Shown: positions 10,990 to 24,860, counted from the stretch's first letter. The stretch: DNA of 64,000 nucleotides from Basidiobolus meristosporus CBS 931.73 (GCA_002104905.1 MCFE01000174.1:62001-126000), one strand, 5' to 3'. Numbers and translations are program-made. The notes: generated from the letters alone by a model not told the origin.

Positions 10990-13950
10990 AGTCAAATCAG
11001 TTAGTTTTATACTTAGCCTATCAGGTAAGCTTCAAATGTCATTGCCATAAAATTTGCTCATCTATTGGATAGGTTCTCTACAGGGCATCCAAACTTGTGA
11101 AGGATCTCATGGCAGATAAAACTTGCAACTTCTTGTTTGCTGGCTATAGGTACAACTTTAGTCACTGGCCATTTAGTGGCAAGATCAATTGCTACTAGAA
11201 TCTAACAGTTGACTTTCCCGGTAGTTGGCAGTCTTCCAATAAAGTCAATTCCCTATCTTTCAAGTGGTCTTGCAGGCTCCAAGGAAAAGAGTTCAGCAAT
11301 TCTCTATGGTTGGCCTTGGTTGGTTTAGCTATTTGGGCATGAATTCACTAGCTTCTCAATGTCATGTTTCATTCTGGGCCAGCATGCTCTGGCTTTCACA
11401 AGGCTGTAGGGTCCTTCAATTCCAGTATTTCCATATCTATTGTGCAGCTTATGTATTAAATCCAGGCAAGCAACATAAGGGCAATAGGTAATAGGGCTTC
11501 CATCAACAATTTGGTAGAGTGTTTTATCCTGAACTATAATTTGCTGGCTTTATCCCAGATTATCTTCTAGATATCTTCATCCACCTCATGAGGAATGGCT
11601 TGGTCCTTAAAGTACTTTGGTGATAGGCTAGGCCAATCTGATTAATGCACCAAGTTGAGTTGTGCAACTTGTTCTAATCTTGATAAGGTGTCAGCGACCA
11701 TGTTGTTTTTTCCAGGGCAGTAGACAATCTCCAAATCAAACTGCTGAATGTATTTACACCATCTTGTCATTCTTCTAGAGAGTACCTTCTAAGTAAATAT
11801 ATACTTGAGGAAGGCATGGTCAGTCTTCACAGTGCATTTGACTCCTTCAATGTAGCATCTCCATGTCATTAAACAGTGTATTATAGCATACATCTCCTTC
11901 TCATGCACTGCATAGTTTTGTTCTGCTGAGCTCAGGTTCTTGGATTCAAAGGCAACATGGAAGTCCTTTCCCTTGTGTTCTTGGCTCAACACTCCACCAA
12001 TTGCATAATCTGGAGCATCTCTGCACAGAGTAAACTCCCTTCTGAAGTTAGGTATCTTAAGCTTGGAAGCTTAGCAAGTTTTTTTGAGCGTCTGGAAGGC
12101 AGTCTCACAAGCTATGTCCAACCTGAAGGTCTTGTCTTTCTTGAGGATATCAGTTAAAGGGGCTGCAACACTTGCAAAGGACGTGACAAATCTCCAATAA
12201 TAGGAAGCCATCCCAAGGGATGATCTGAGCTCTGATATGCAATGGGGCTGCTTCAGATTCTTGATAACTTCAGCCTTCTTATGGTCTAAGGTTGTGCCTG
12301 TGCTAGTCACTCTGTGTCCCAGATATTCAATTAGTTCCTTGAAGAATTCACACTTGAGTAGCTTGCCATAAAGCTTGTTCTCTCTTAGCTTCTTCCCAAC
12401 CTTTTTGATGTTCACCAAGTGATCCTCTTTTGTCTTGCTGTGTATCAATATATCATCTAGATAGATTATCACAAATTTGTCTAAGAACTCCTGGAAGACA
12501 GTCTGCATCAGGGTCATGAATGTGGCAGGGGCATTGGTGAGGCCAAACTCATGACTAAATACAAGAAATGTCCATATATGGTCCTGAATGCTGTCTTAGG
12601 GATATCTTCTAGCTTCACCCTAATCTGCTTGTATCCTGACATGAGGTCAATCTTACTGAATATAGTGCATCCATTGAGTGGTCCAAGAGCTCATCAATCC
12701 AAGGTATGGGGTACTTATTCTTCACAGTGACTGAGTAGAGGGCTCTGTAGTTAATGCAAATCCTAAATGTTCCATCCTTCTTCTTCACAAAAAGTACTGG
12801 TGCTCCTCAAGGTGACTTGCTGGGTCTGATATATCCTTGCTCCAGTAACTGATCTATTTGTCTCTTTATCTCTTCCAATTCCAATGGACTCATTCTGTAG
12901 GGTGTCTTACTCACTGGAGGGCCATCTGCTGTTTCAATGGCATGATCAACGTCTCAGACTGTGAGTAGACTTACAAGCATATTCAGGAAATACATCTGAA
13001 TTTTCCTACAAAAGAGTCTGGAACTTGCAGGGTACTGGAGTAGAGGAATCCTCATGTAAAACTGCCATAAAGAATATCTGGGTGCCTTTTCTTAGTGCTC
13101 CAAAGAACTGTGTCTTGCTGAGTTCACTTGTTTCACACACACTGGAATTGACCAAATAAAAATCCAGTCTGGCAGGTAATAGCTCCTAGGTCTTGTTGTC
13201 CTTCTTGATCTAAGTAGCATGGGTTTGCCAGTTGATTGATGGATTACAACAAAATAGCCAGGTTTTCCTAAGTACAAGGTCAAACTTGCAGTCCCCAAAT
13301 ATATAAGCTGGTAGATCTTCTGTCTAGTCATTGATATTCATCCTACTGGCTGAGTAATATAGTTGATTATGTGAGAGTTCCCATCAGCTGCTTAGACTGA
13401 AGTTGAATTGGTGGGTTCCAAGTTAACTCCAGATTTGAAAGCAAATTGCTCTGATATGTACTCATGCAATGCTCCTGAGTCAATCATAATCTTGACAGTT
13501 ACTTCATTGATTGCTCCATTCAAGTATAATAGCTTTCCTGAGTTTGAAGTCATCTGAGATAGGTATTCTTCTGTCATATGGAAGGTGAGTTCTGAGTCTT
13601 CTTCAAGTTCATCCTCCATGTCACTATGCTGCAGGGCCTCAATATTGTTGAAGGTTCTTGATAGCTGGTGTCCATTTCTTCTCTGAGGGCAGTACTTTAC
13701 AATATATCCCTGTTGGTGCCAATTGAAGCAAAGTCCTTTCTTCTTGAATTCTTCTAAGGTAGGATTCTTCTGCATAGCATCTGTTTCCATTGGCACTGCT
13801 TCTGATTGTCTTCTTTCATAGTGATTATATTGTCTCTAATTAGTCATTGTGGGCGTCCCAACTCCAAACACAGCTGAGTCATAGTCAATGGCAATCTTGA
13901 TGGCTTCTTCACTAGTCTGAGGTCTTTAAAAATTCACTTCCATATAAGAA
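10990..13950 (-). mobile_element. Degenerate Ty3/gypsy internal region (gag-PR-RT-RNH-IN), no LTRs seen
   Basis: Knuckle-like GLCFNWHQQG, protease IMIDSGA, RT IIYLDDILIHS, RNase H NYAVHEKEMYAIIH, integrase remnants; many stops and frameshifts. Confidence 0.92.
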
Positions 13951-15505
13951 CCCACGCTACTCAGATCCTGAAGGATTACAAGACCTATGAGCTATTATCT
14001 AACAGACTGGACTTCAATTTGCTCAATTCCAGTGTGTGTGAAACAAGTGAACTAAGCAAGACACATTTCTGTGGAGCACTTAGAAAAGGTATGCTGATGT
14101 TCCTCATGATAGAACTACAGGATGATAATTCTACTCCAGCATCCCAGTAGGTCTGAACTCATTTGAATGAGTACTCAGATGTGTTGCCAGATGAACCTAT
14201 AGGCCTACCACCAGTCAGAGACATGGATCATGCCATTGACTCAAGAGACAGCCCTCCACTGAGTAAGGCACTTCAGAGAATGAGTCCATTGGAGTTGGAA
14301 GAGATGAATAGACAGATAGATCAGTCATTTGAGCAAGGATATATAAGCCCTAGCAAGTGACTGTGGGGAGCATATGTACTCTTTGTAAAAACAAAGGATG
14401 TAATACTCAGGGTGCGCATTTATTACAGAGCCCTCAACTCAGTGGCTGTAAAGAATAAGAACCCCATACCTTGGATTAATGAGCTTTTGAGCCTATTCAA
14501 TAGAGCCACTTTGTTAAGCAGATTTGACCTCATGTCCGGATACAACCTGATCAGCTTGAAACCAGAACACCGCCAAAATATTCAGCTATTTTGTATCATT
14601 CAGCAGCTAAAAGTTTACTTAGCAATTCTAGACTAGTCTTAGTCACTGAAGGACTTATTTGCAGCCCCAACTTTGCCAGTTTCTTCATATCTAGGATCCT
14701 ATGAATACTTCCTATAGTGAAGTTCAAATTAACACTTTTCCAAACACTATGTACTATCCATGAAACTGTTACAGAATGCTCATGAATGCTAAGAAACTCT
14801 GTTTACTTAGTGTTACTGCTGTATAACTTCTACAAAGGTATAAACATTGATCCTCTTTATGAATAAACAACAGTTCACCTATAATCTTTATATCTTGATA
14901 GGTTTCTTATACCAAATTACTTCTTAAATTGCAGCAGGTTATGAGCCTTGATTGCCTTGATCTATTTCAAGGATGACTTCTACTAGCAAACAGAACAATA
15001 CAAACATCTTCCCTCTAAAGAAGAGGTTTGATGAGATGAACTACAGACTTGGGAGAATCAAGATGCAGATCCACCTTGAGGAAAGAAAGCTTTGGAATTT
15101 AGTGACAGGAAAAGATGTTGAGCCCAATGGAACAGCAGAAGAAGTGGAGAACTTTCAAGAGAAGGGGAGAAAGGCCTTTAGTGCTATATGTGCTAATGTG
15201 CAAGATTCCTTCATTGGACATATACATGCATCAAATACTGCCAAAGCAGTATGAGAGTCCTTAGAGAAGATCTTTAGAGCAAAATCAGTATCAATCAGGC
15301 TTTATTTAAAAGAAAAGCTCATCAACATGAGGAAGAGGCCAGATTATGACATGTTATAACTCATTACCACAATGGAGATGCTAGATATCTATGATCCTAT
15401 GATTATTCCCCTAAAATGAAGTTCAAATTATCACTTTACCAAACCTTATATTCTAACCCTGAAACTGTTACAGAATGCTCATGGAAGTTAAGAAACCCTC
15501 CTTAC

Positions 15506-18500
15506 TGTTGAAATATTGGACTATTTGGTATCATTTAGCAGCTAAAAATTTACTTAACAATTCTAGACTAGTCTTAGTCACTGTAGGATTCATTTACTGC
15601 CTTAACTTTGCCACTTCCTCCAGATATATGATCTTATGATTATTCCCCTATAGTCAGGATCAAATTAGCACTATTACCATACATTATGTACTAACCCTGA
15701 AACTGTTACAGAATACTCCTGAATTTTGAGAAACCCTCCCTACTTAGTGCTACAGCTGTATTACTTCAACAAAGGTATAAATACTGAGCCTCTTGATGAA
15801 TAAACAACAGTTCAACTATTATCACTATTTCTTGAAAAGTTCCTTATATCCATATCACTTCTTAAATTGCAAAAGGTTATGAGCCCCAATTGCCTTAATC
15901 TATTCTAAAGATGACTGCTACCAGCAAACAAAGCAATACCAACATCTTCCCTGTAAAGGAGAGGTTTGATGGGAAGAACAACAGACTTTGGAGAATCAAG
16001 TTGCAGATCCACCTTGAGGAAAGAAAAGTTTGGAACATAGTCACAGGAAAGGAAGTTGAGCCCAAAGGAACAGCAGAGATGTGGAGAAGTTTCAAAAGAA
16101 GGAGAGAAAGGCCTTCAATGCAATATGCATCAATGTGTAAGACTCCTTCATTGGACAAATCCATGCCTCAAATACTGCCAAAGCAGCATGGGAATCCTTA
16201 AAGAAGATCTTCAGAGCAAAGTCAGTATCAAGTAAGCTTTATTTGAAACAAAAGTTCTTCAACATGAGGAAGAAGCCAGATGATGACAGGCTACAACTCA
16301 TTACCAGTGAGGAGACACCTGCAGTAGAACTTTGCAGTATTAATGCTGGTGTAGATGATGAAAAAAAGATATTCTGTCTGCTTTGCAGCCTACCAGACAA
16401 GTGTGAGCCACTCATACTCTTTTGAAAGCAGAGAGGACAACTTGACTTTAGACTATGTCAAAGGAAGACTTCTCCATGAAGAACTCAGACGTAATGATCA
16501 AGCAGAGAAAATTGAAGATAATGCTTTATTCCGTTCAGAAAGGCATACAGAAACGAAGGGAAAGCAACAAAACCAAAGAAAACCTGGCTACTGGAACTAC
16601 TGTAAAAAGCCAGGACACTGGGCAAGAGAATGCAAGAAGAAACAAGCAGACATAAAGCAGAAACTAGAGCAGGCAAACCAGATAACTACTGATGAACAGT
16701 TATATGTAATTGTACAAGAGAGTGCAATTAACCAAAGTAATGAATTTTGCATTGACTCTAGAGCATCACAGCATATTTGTGGTATAAAGGATTAGTTCAG
16801 CAACTTAAAGACTATTCCCGTAAGAAAGGTTTTTCTGGGAGATAACTCTGCATTGGAAGCTACTGCCAGTGGGTCTATACAACTAAATATGAGTGTTAAC
16901 TCAGGGGCAACAACAGCAAAACTGACTAACGTACTCAATGCACCTGGAATAGCTAAGAACCTACTCTCAGTCAGTAAAGCAACTACTCAGGGACTGAATT
17001 TTGTTTTTACTAAGCTGAGCTGCTCAGTATTGAGTGAAAATGGACAAAAATTAGCTTTGGGAATCAGAGATCACAATATATACAAGTTACAATGCAAGAT
17101 CATTGAACCTGAGTATGTCAACATTGCTGAAGCTGATGAAACTAACTGGGAGACATGGCATAGGAGGCTAGGACACATAGGGGAACAGGAAATGAGCCAA
17201 TTGGTGAAAAATCAGCTTGTTTTGGGCCTAAAATACTCAATTCTGATCAAATTGAATGTTTGAAAGGGATGTTCTTATGGCAAACAAGCTAGGCAATGTT
17301 TCAAGAGCTCAGAAGGCATCAATACCACCAAAATATTGGCCATTGTACACTCTGACATATGTGGCCCCATGAGAACACTGTCCTTTGGAGCCAAGAAATA
17401 CTTTATGATGTTGATTGATTACAAGACAAGATGTACATGGGCGTACTTCCTCAAAACAAAGGATGAAGCTTTAGAGACATTTAAGCACTTCAAGAACATG
17501 GCAGAAACACAAACTGGGTGTAAATTGAAGGTACTACAAAGTGACAATGGAGGAGAATACTGCTTAAAGGAGTTTGTAAAATACTGCTTGTCTACTGGTA
17601 TACTTCAACAGACCATAGTTCCTTGTATTCCACATCTAAATGGAGTAGCAGAGCGTGCAAATAGAACAATAGTAGAAATGGGAAGATCTATGCCACACGA
17701 TAAGGGAATGGAATACAGGTTTTTGGCTGAATCTGCTGCTACCACTGTATATATCAAGAACAGATGCCCGACAAAAGCACTATGTAACGTTACACCTTTT
17801 GAAGCATATACAGGCAAAAAACCAGATCTCCAGCACCTCAGGATCTTTGGCAGTGATGTTTTTATAACATCCCTGACAAAAAACGCTCAAACTTGGAACC
17901 AAAGAGTAAGAAAGGGATCTTTCTTGGGTATTGTGAAGACACTAAAGGGTATAGATGTTGCAATTTAAGAAGTGATTTGGATGTAAGGAACTTATCAAGA
18001 AATAGTGATAATAGTTGAACTGTTGTTTATTCATAAAGAAGCTCAGTATTTATACCTCTGTAGAAGTAATACAGCTGCAACACTAAGTAGGGAGGGTTTC
18101 TCAATATTCAGGAGCATTCTGTAACAGTTTCAGGGTTAGTACATAATGTTTGGTAATAGTGCTAATTTGATCCTGACTATAGGGGAATAATCATAAGATC
18201 ATATATCTGGAGAAAGTGGCAAAGTTAAGGCAGTAAATGAGTCCTACAGTGACTAAGACTAGCCTAGAATTGTTAAGTAAATTTTTAGCTGCTGAATGAT
18301 ACCAAATAGTCCAATATTTCAACAATAGAGTGTATGATGGCAAAATTCAGAAGCTGATCAAGAGCAGAGGCGTTGTATTTGAGGAGAATTCAGATCAGAA
18401 AGCTACAGATATCATTGGCAAGTTGCCTGATGATGCAATCAACACTAATGAAGAAGATATGTACCAAATCCAGCCAGAGATGGAAGATACTTCTACCAGT

Positions 18501-20560
18501 TCCAGATCAGAACAGATTGTCCCAGTTAGGAGATCTACCAGAATAAGAAATGCCCCTGGATCCTGGTGGCAGACATCCAATGATCATGAAGAAGCTTATC
18601 TTGCCTTATGTGCCAAACCTCAGAATCTGGAACAGGCAATGTAAGGTCCAGATGCTACTAAGTGGCAACAAGCCGTGGAGAAGAGGTACCAATCACTGAT
18701 CAAGGCAAAAACGTGGGGTCTGGTAGATTTACCAAATGGGAGAAAGCCAATAGGATGTAGATGGATCTACAAGATCAAGATAACCTCAAATGGTGCCGTT
18801 GTTAAGTACAAGGCTAGATTGGTAGCTAAAGGCTATTCCCAGATCCAGGGACTAGATTTTAAGGAAATATTTGCTCAAGTTGCCAAGTTTAACTCTATTA
18901 GGACAGTTCTAGCCCTGGCAGCTGCACACAGTCTAGATCTGCACCAAATGGACGTCAAAACAGCCTTCTTAAATGGGGATTTGCAAGAAACTATATATAT
19001 GGAGCAACTAGTAGATTTTATTAATCCAAAAGGCCCCCATAAGGTGTGCAAACTTAGAAAATTGTTGTGTGGGCTTAAGCAGGCACCAAGAGCATGCTAT
19101 AACAAGATTGACACCTATCTAGAGGACATTGGGTTCTCTTGTAGCACTGCAGATCACAGTATATATGTGAAACAGCTCAAAATGGGTGTGATCATCCTAA
19201 TTCTTTATGTGCATAACCTAATTATAGCTACAAGTGTCCAAGAGGCACTTAAACAGACAAAATCAGATCTCTTCAGCAAGTTTGAGATGAAGGATCTTGG
19301 AAAACTGAGCTCTTTTCTTGGAATTGGGGTCAAATTTGACGTACCTACGCAGAAAATTGTGCTGAATCAGTCTAAGCAGATCAGGAACATTCTTAGACGC
19401 TTCAAAATGAAAAATTGCAAACCTGCAGCAACCCCTATGGACAATAACCTGAAATTGAGCAAATTTCAGCCAGTTATAGATTAAAACGGCTCAAATATGG
19501 ACCAATACTTTTCCTATCAATAAATGGTTGGTAGCCAAGTGTACTTGATGGTGTCTACACGTCCAGATATTGCCGTGGCAGTTGGAATAGTCAGTCAATT
19601 CATGCAGAATTACGGATCAGATCAAATTGCAGCATTTAAGCGGATTTTCAGATATCTACAAGGTACCATAAATATGGTACTGGAATACTCTGGAGCAGCT
19701 AATAGGCAAAAATGTGATGGCTATAGTGATTCAGATTGGGGTAGGGATCTGATTGACAGACACTCTACCACAGGCTATGTATTTCTTTATGCTGGTGCAG
19801 CTATTACTTGGAATTGCAAGAAACAAGCAACTGTGGCACTATCTACAACTGAAGCCAAATATATGGCTCCATGTCAAGCAACTAAGGAGGCTATATGGCT
19901 ACAAAAATTGCTCAAAGACTTAGGCTTTAATTCAGGTGAACCAACTTATATTTACAAGGATAATCAAAGTTGTATTTCATTGGCTAGAAATCCTACTAAT
20001 CATGTCAGAACTGAGCACATTGATATACAGCATCACTTTGTGAGGGAAGCAGTAGAAGATAACTCAGTGGAGTTAGTTTACTGCCCAACTGACAAAATGG
20101 TGGCAGACATATTGACAAAACCACTAGCTAGGCCACCGTTTGAGATCCTTAGACAGAAACTAGGATGAAGAAATTATTTAATTGAGGGGGAGTGTTGAAA
20201 TATTGGACTATTTGGTATCATTCAGCAGCTAAAAATTTACTTAACAATTCTAGACTAGTCTTAGTCACTGTAGGATTCATTTACTACCTTAACTTTGCCA
20301 CTTTCTCCAGATATATGATCTTATGATTATTCCCCTATAGTCAGGATCAAATTAGCACTATTACCAAACATTATGTACTAGCCCTGAACTATTACAGAAT
20401 GCTCCTGAATATTGAGAAACCCTCCCTACTTAGTGTTGCAGCTGTATTACTTCTACAAATGTATAAATACTGAGCCTCTTTGTAAATAAACAACAGTTTG
20501 ACTATTTTCACTATTTCTTGATAAGTTCCTTATATACAAATTGCTTCTTAAATTGCAACA
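15506..20560 (+). mobile_element. Copia copy B (family A), pseudogenised; its two LTRs probably come from different insertions
   Basis: LTRs 15506-15874 and 20193-20560, PBS 15875, PPT, collinear with copy A; flanks CTTAC/GAACT do not match. Confidence 0.92.
17956..18324 (-). repeat. Solo LTR of family A inserted antisense in copy B
   Basis: 369-bp reverse complement of the A LTR (about 3 differences); TSD ATAGA at 17951-17955 and 18325-18329. Confidence 0.96.
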
Positions 20561-22953
20561 GAACTCAGTCATAATGATCAAGCAGAGAAATTGAACACAT
20601 AGCTGCATTCAGCTCAGAAAGGCACAAAGAAAAGAAAAGAAAGCAACAAAACCACAGAATACTTGGTTGCTGTAATCACCGTAAGAAGCCAGGACACTGT
20701 GTAAGAAAATGCAAGAAGAAATAGGCAGACAAAAACAGAAACTGGAGCTGGCAAACCATATACCTACAGATGAACAGTTATTTGCAGCTCTACAAGAGAG
20801 AGCAAGTAACCAAAGTAATGAATGATATTTTGACTTGGGAGCATCACAGCATATTTGTAGTATAAAGGAATGGCTCAGCAACTTGAAGACTATTCCCATT
20901 AGCTAGGTTTATCTGGGAGACAACTATGCACTGGAAGATACCACCAGTGGGTCTATACTTCCAAATGTGAGTGATATCTCAGGGGCTTTCAGCAGCAAAA
21001 CTGACTGAAGTACACTACATCCCTGGAGTAGCTAAGAACCTACTCTCAGTCAGTAAAGCAACTGCTGAGGGACTGAAACTTATTTTTACTAAGCTGAACT
21101 ACTCAATATTGGGTAAAAATGGGCAAAAATTAGCTTTGGGAATCAGAGATCACAATTATTACAAGTTACAGTGCAATATCATTGTACCTGAGTATTCCAA
21201 TATTGCTAAAAATGATGAGACCAACTGAGAGACATTACAAAGGAGGCTTGAACATACTCCACATCAAAATGGAGTAGCAGAACAAGCAAATTTATCAATA
21301 GTAGAGATGGGAAGAACTCTGCTTTATGACAAGGCAATGGACTAAAAGTTTTGGGCTGAATCTGTGACTACCATGATAAACATCAAGAATAGATGCCTAA
21401 CAACTACACTGTGTGATTCTACAATCTTTGAAGCATATACAGGCAAAAAACCAGACCTCCAGCCCCTGAGGATACTTGGCAGTGATGTCTTTTATTACAT
21501 CCATGACAAATAACTCTCAAAGCTGAAACCAAAGAGTAGAAAAGGGATCTTGCTTGGGTATTGTGTTGATACTAGTGGGTATAGAGTGTATGATGACAAA
21601 ATTGAGAAGCTGATCAAGAGCATGGATGTTGTATTTGATGAGAATTCAGATTAGAAAGCCACAGAAATCATTGGCCAGTTGCATGATGATGAACTCAACA
21701 CTAGTGAAGAAGACATGTGCCAAATTCAGCCAGAAATGGAACAAAATTCTACCAGTTCCAGATCAGAGCAGATTATTCCTAAGTCTACCAGATTAAGAAA
21801 TGCCCTTGGATCCTGGTGGCAGACATCCAATGATCATGAAGAAGCTTATCTTGCCTGATGTGCCAAATCTCAGATTCTGGAACAGGCAATGCAAAGTCCA
21901 GATGCTTCTATGTGGCAATAAGCCATGCAGGAGGAGTCCCATCACTGATCAAAGCAAAAATGTGTGCACTGGTAGACTTATCAAATGGGAGAAAGCCAAT
22001 AGGAAGTGGATGGGTCTACAAGATCAAGATAACTTCCAATGTTATTGCTGATAAGTACAAAGGTAGATTGGTGGCTGAAGGCTTTTCCGCAATCCAGTGA
22101 ATGTTGACATACATATGCAGCAAATTATGCCAAGTCAGTCTAAGTACATCAGGGACATTTTAGAAACTTTAAATCAAAATTGCAAGCCTGCAGCTACCTC
22201 AATGGACAATTATCTAAAATTGGGCAAATCCTAAGTTTTAGGTGAAAACTGCTCAAATATGGACCAAAACTCTCCCTTTCAGTCAATGGTTGGGAGCCTG
22301 ATGTACTTGATAGTGTCTGCATATCCTGATATTGCCGTGGCAGTTGGAATAGTCAGGCAATTCATGCAGAATAATGGATCAGATCAAAATACAGCAGTTT
22401 AGCAGATTTTTAGATGTCAGAGTGGTACCATAAATATGGCACTAGAATACTCTGGAGCAGATAATGGGTAGAAATTTGATGGTTATAGTGATTCAGATCA
22501 GGGTAGAGATCTGATTGCTAGATGCTCTACCATTGAGTATGTATTTCTTTATGCTGGTGCAGCTATTACTAGGAATTGCAACAAACTGGCAACTGTGGCC
22601 CATTCAATAACTGAAGCTGAATATATGGCTGCTTGCCAAGCAACTAAGTAGGCTATAGGGCTATGGAAATTATTCAATGACTTAGGCTTTAATTCTGATG
22701 GACTAACATGTATTTACAAAGATAATCAATGATGTATTTCATTAGCTATGAATCCTACTAATCATGCCAGAACCAAGTATATAGTTATAGAACACCATCT
22801 TGTGAGGGAAGCTGCAGAAAATAACTTAGTAGAGTTGGTATACTGTTCTTATCACAAAATAGTGGCAGATATATTGACAAACCCACTAGCTAGATCACAA
22901 TTTGAGAATCTTGTGGAGGAATAGGATTAAGAAATTGTTTAGTTGAGGGGGAG
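20561..22953 (+). pseudogene. Deleted and degenerate internal region of copia D (gag end to RNase H)
   Basis: Collinear with A from GAACTCAG onward, with large deletions in IN and RT and many stops; ends in a PPT. Confidence 0.88.
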
Positions 22954-23321
22954 TGCTGCAGTATTGGACTATTTGGTATCATTCAGAAGCTAAAAACTTA
23001 CTTAGCAATTCTAGACTAGTCTTGTTCACTGTAGGACATATTTGCAGCCCCAGCTTTGCCAGTTTCTTCATATCTATGATCCTATGATTATTCCCCTAAA
23101 ATGAAGTTCAAATTATCACTTTACCAAACCTTATATTCTAACCCTGAAACTGTTACAGAATGCTCCTGAATATTGAGAAACCCTCCCTACTTAGTGTTGC
23201 AGCTGCATTACTTCTACAAAGGTATAAATACTGAGCTTCTTTATGAATAAACAACAGTTCAACTATTATCACTATTTCTTGAAAAGTTCCTTATATCCAA
23301 ATCACTTCTTAAATTGCAACA
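22954..23321 (+). repeat. Chimeric LTR (D-type 5' part, A/B-type 3' part)
   Basis: First ~210 bp match the D LTR (TTTGCAGCCCC, TATCTATGATCCTATG); the rest matches the B 5' LTR (CTTGAAAAGTTCC); followed by CTAAC and the remaining D LTR, 23327-23457. Confidence 0.85.
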
Positions 23322-24059
23322 CTAACTTAGTGTTAGAGCTGTAATGCTTCTACAAAGGTATAAATACTGATCCTCTCTATTAATAAACCACGGTTCAACT
23401 GTTATCACTTTATCTTGATAAGTTCCTTATATCCAAGTCACTTCTTAAGTTGCAACAAACACATCATTCAGGAACAGATATGAGCATTACAAGTACTTAG
23501 TCATGAATTTTAGTTTTACCAATGCCCCTGCAGCATTCATGACCGTCATGCAAACAGTCTTTGATGAGTACTTTGACAAGCTTGCAGTAATATACCTAGA
23601 CAATATATTCATATACAGCAAGACAGAAGAGGGATGCTTGGTGCATATTGAAAAGGTCTTGAAGAAGCAAAGAGACAACAAGCTTTATGGCAAGCTAGTA
23701 AAGTGTGAATACCTGTAAGAGCATGTTTAACATCTGGGACACACAGTGATTAGCACAGAAGTTACCTTGGACCCAAGAAAGCTGAGGTTGTTGAGAATTT
23801 GAAGCAGCTCTATAGGATATCAGGTCCCAGATCATTCCTTTGAATGGTCTCCTATTATTGGAGATTTATCAAGTCCTTTGCAAGTATTGCAGCCCCTTTA
23901 ACTAATATTCACAAGAAAGTCAACACCTTAAGGTGGTCCATAGCCTGGGAGACTGCCTTATAGATGCTCAAGCATGAACTTGCTAAGCTGCCAGGCTTAA
24001 AAATCCCAGACTTTACAAAAGAGTTTACTCTGTGCACAATGGATATGGACATCTTGAAA

Positions 24060-24860
24060 TTGAAGGAATTAATAACCTTGTCAAAGTCACAGCATGGTGA
24101 CCCAGAATCCAACAACATATTGAGAAGCTAGTAAAACATGCACAAGCTGCCAAATTAGACAAGGTTATGAACTTGAAGAAGGCTCAGAACTCACCTTCTA
24201 TATGACAAAAGAATTCTTATGCTAAATGAACTCAAACTCAGGAAAACTATTGTAGTTGAATATAGTACCTGCCAAGATCATTATTAACTCAGGAGCATCG
24301 TACAAGTACATGGCAGAGCACCTTGTCCTGAAAGCTGGAATTAACTTGGAGCCTACAAAACAAATTTCAATCAAGAGCCAGAGTATGGTGGCCCTGAATG
24401 TAACAAGATATTGAGAAGTTAGTGAAAACACACCTAAATTGCCAAATTAACTAAGGCCTACTTCAGAGAATTGCTGAGCTCCTTCCCTTGGAGCTGCTGA
24501 GACCATGGAATAACTTTTTTGGATGACTGCCAACCACCAGAAAATACAGCTGTTGTATTCCAGTAGCAGTTGACCATGCCACCAATGGCCAGTGGCTAAA
24601 GCTATATATGTAGCTGGTGTGTAAGAAGTTCCAAGTTTTATCTACCAAGAGATCCTTATGAAGTGGGGATGCCCTGTGGAGATTTTATATGATGGAGGAG
24701 CAAACTGTGTGACAAAGAAATTGAAAGCTTACATGGAAATGTAGCAGGTCAGACACTTCCAAACCTTGGTATATCATCCTAGAATCAATGCAGTCACAAA
24801 GCAATTTAATGGATTAATGGGAATAATGCTGACTAAGTATGCAAATGGAGTTGTCAGCAG
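24060..24860 (+). pseudogene. Ty3/gypsy protease and integrase fragments
   Basis: NSGKLL..KIIINSGASYKY...INLEPT is homologous to 13392-13796; integrase-like KWGCPVEIL segment. Confidence 0.7.

Larger units (their letters stand above)
14571..23457 (+). mobile_element. Older copia copy D (family A-related), rearranged composite
   Basis: Degenerate 5' LTR ~14571-14937, PBS, gag start 14973, remainder of the internal region 20561-22953, split 3' LTR ending TTGCAACA at 23457; TSD AACAC at 14566-14570 and 23458-23462. Confidence 0.85.
13970..24050 (+). mobile_element. Degenerate Ty3/gypsy RT-RNH segment split by the copia D insertion
   Basis: RT FDLMSGYNLISLKPEH stops at 14570 and resumes at 23458 (FSFTNAPAAFMTVM...VIYLDNI); same family as 10990-13950. 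Confidence 0.88.
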
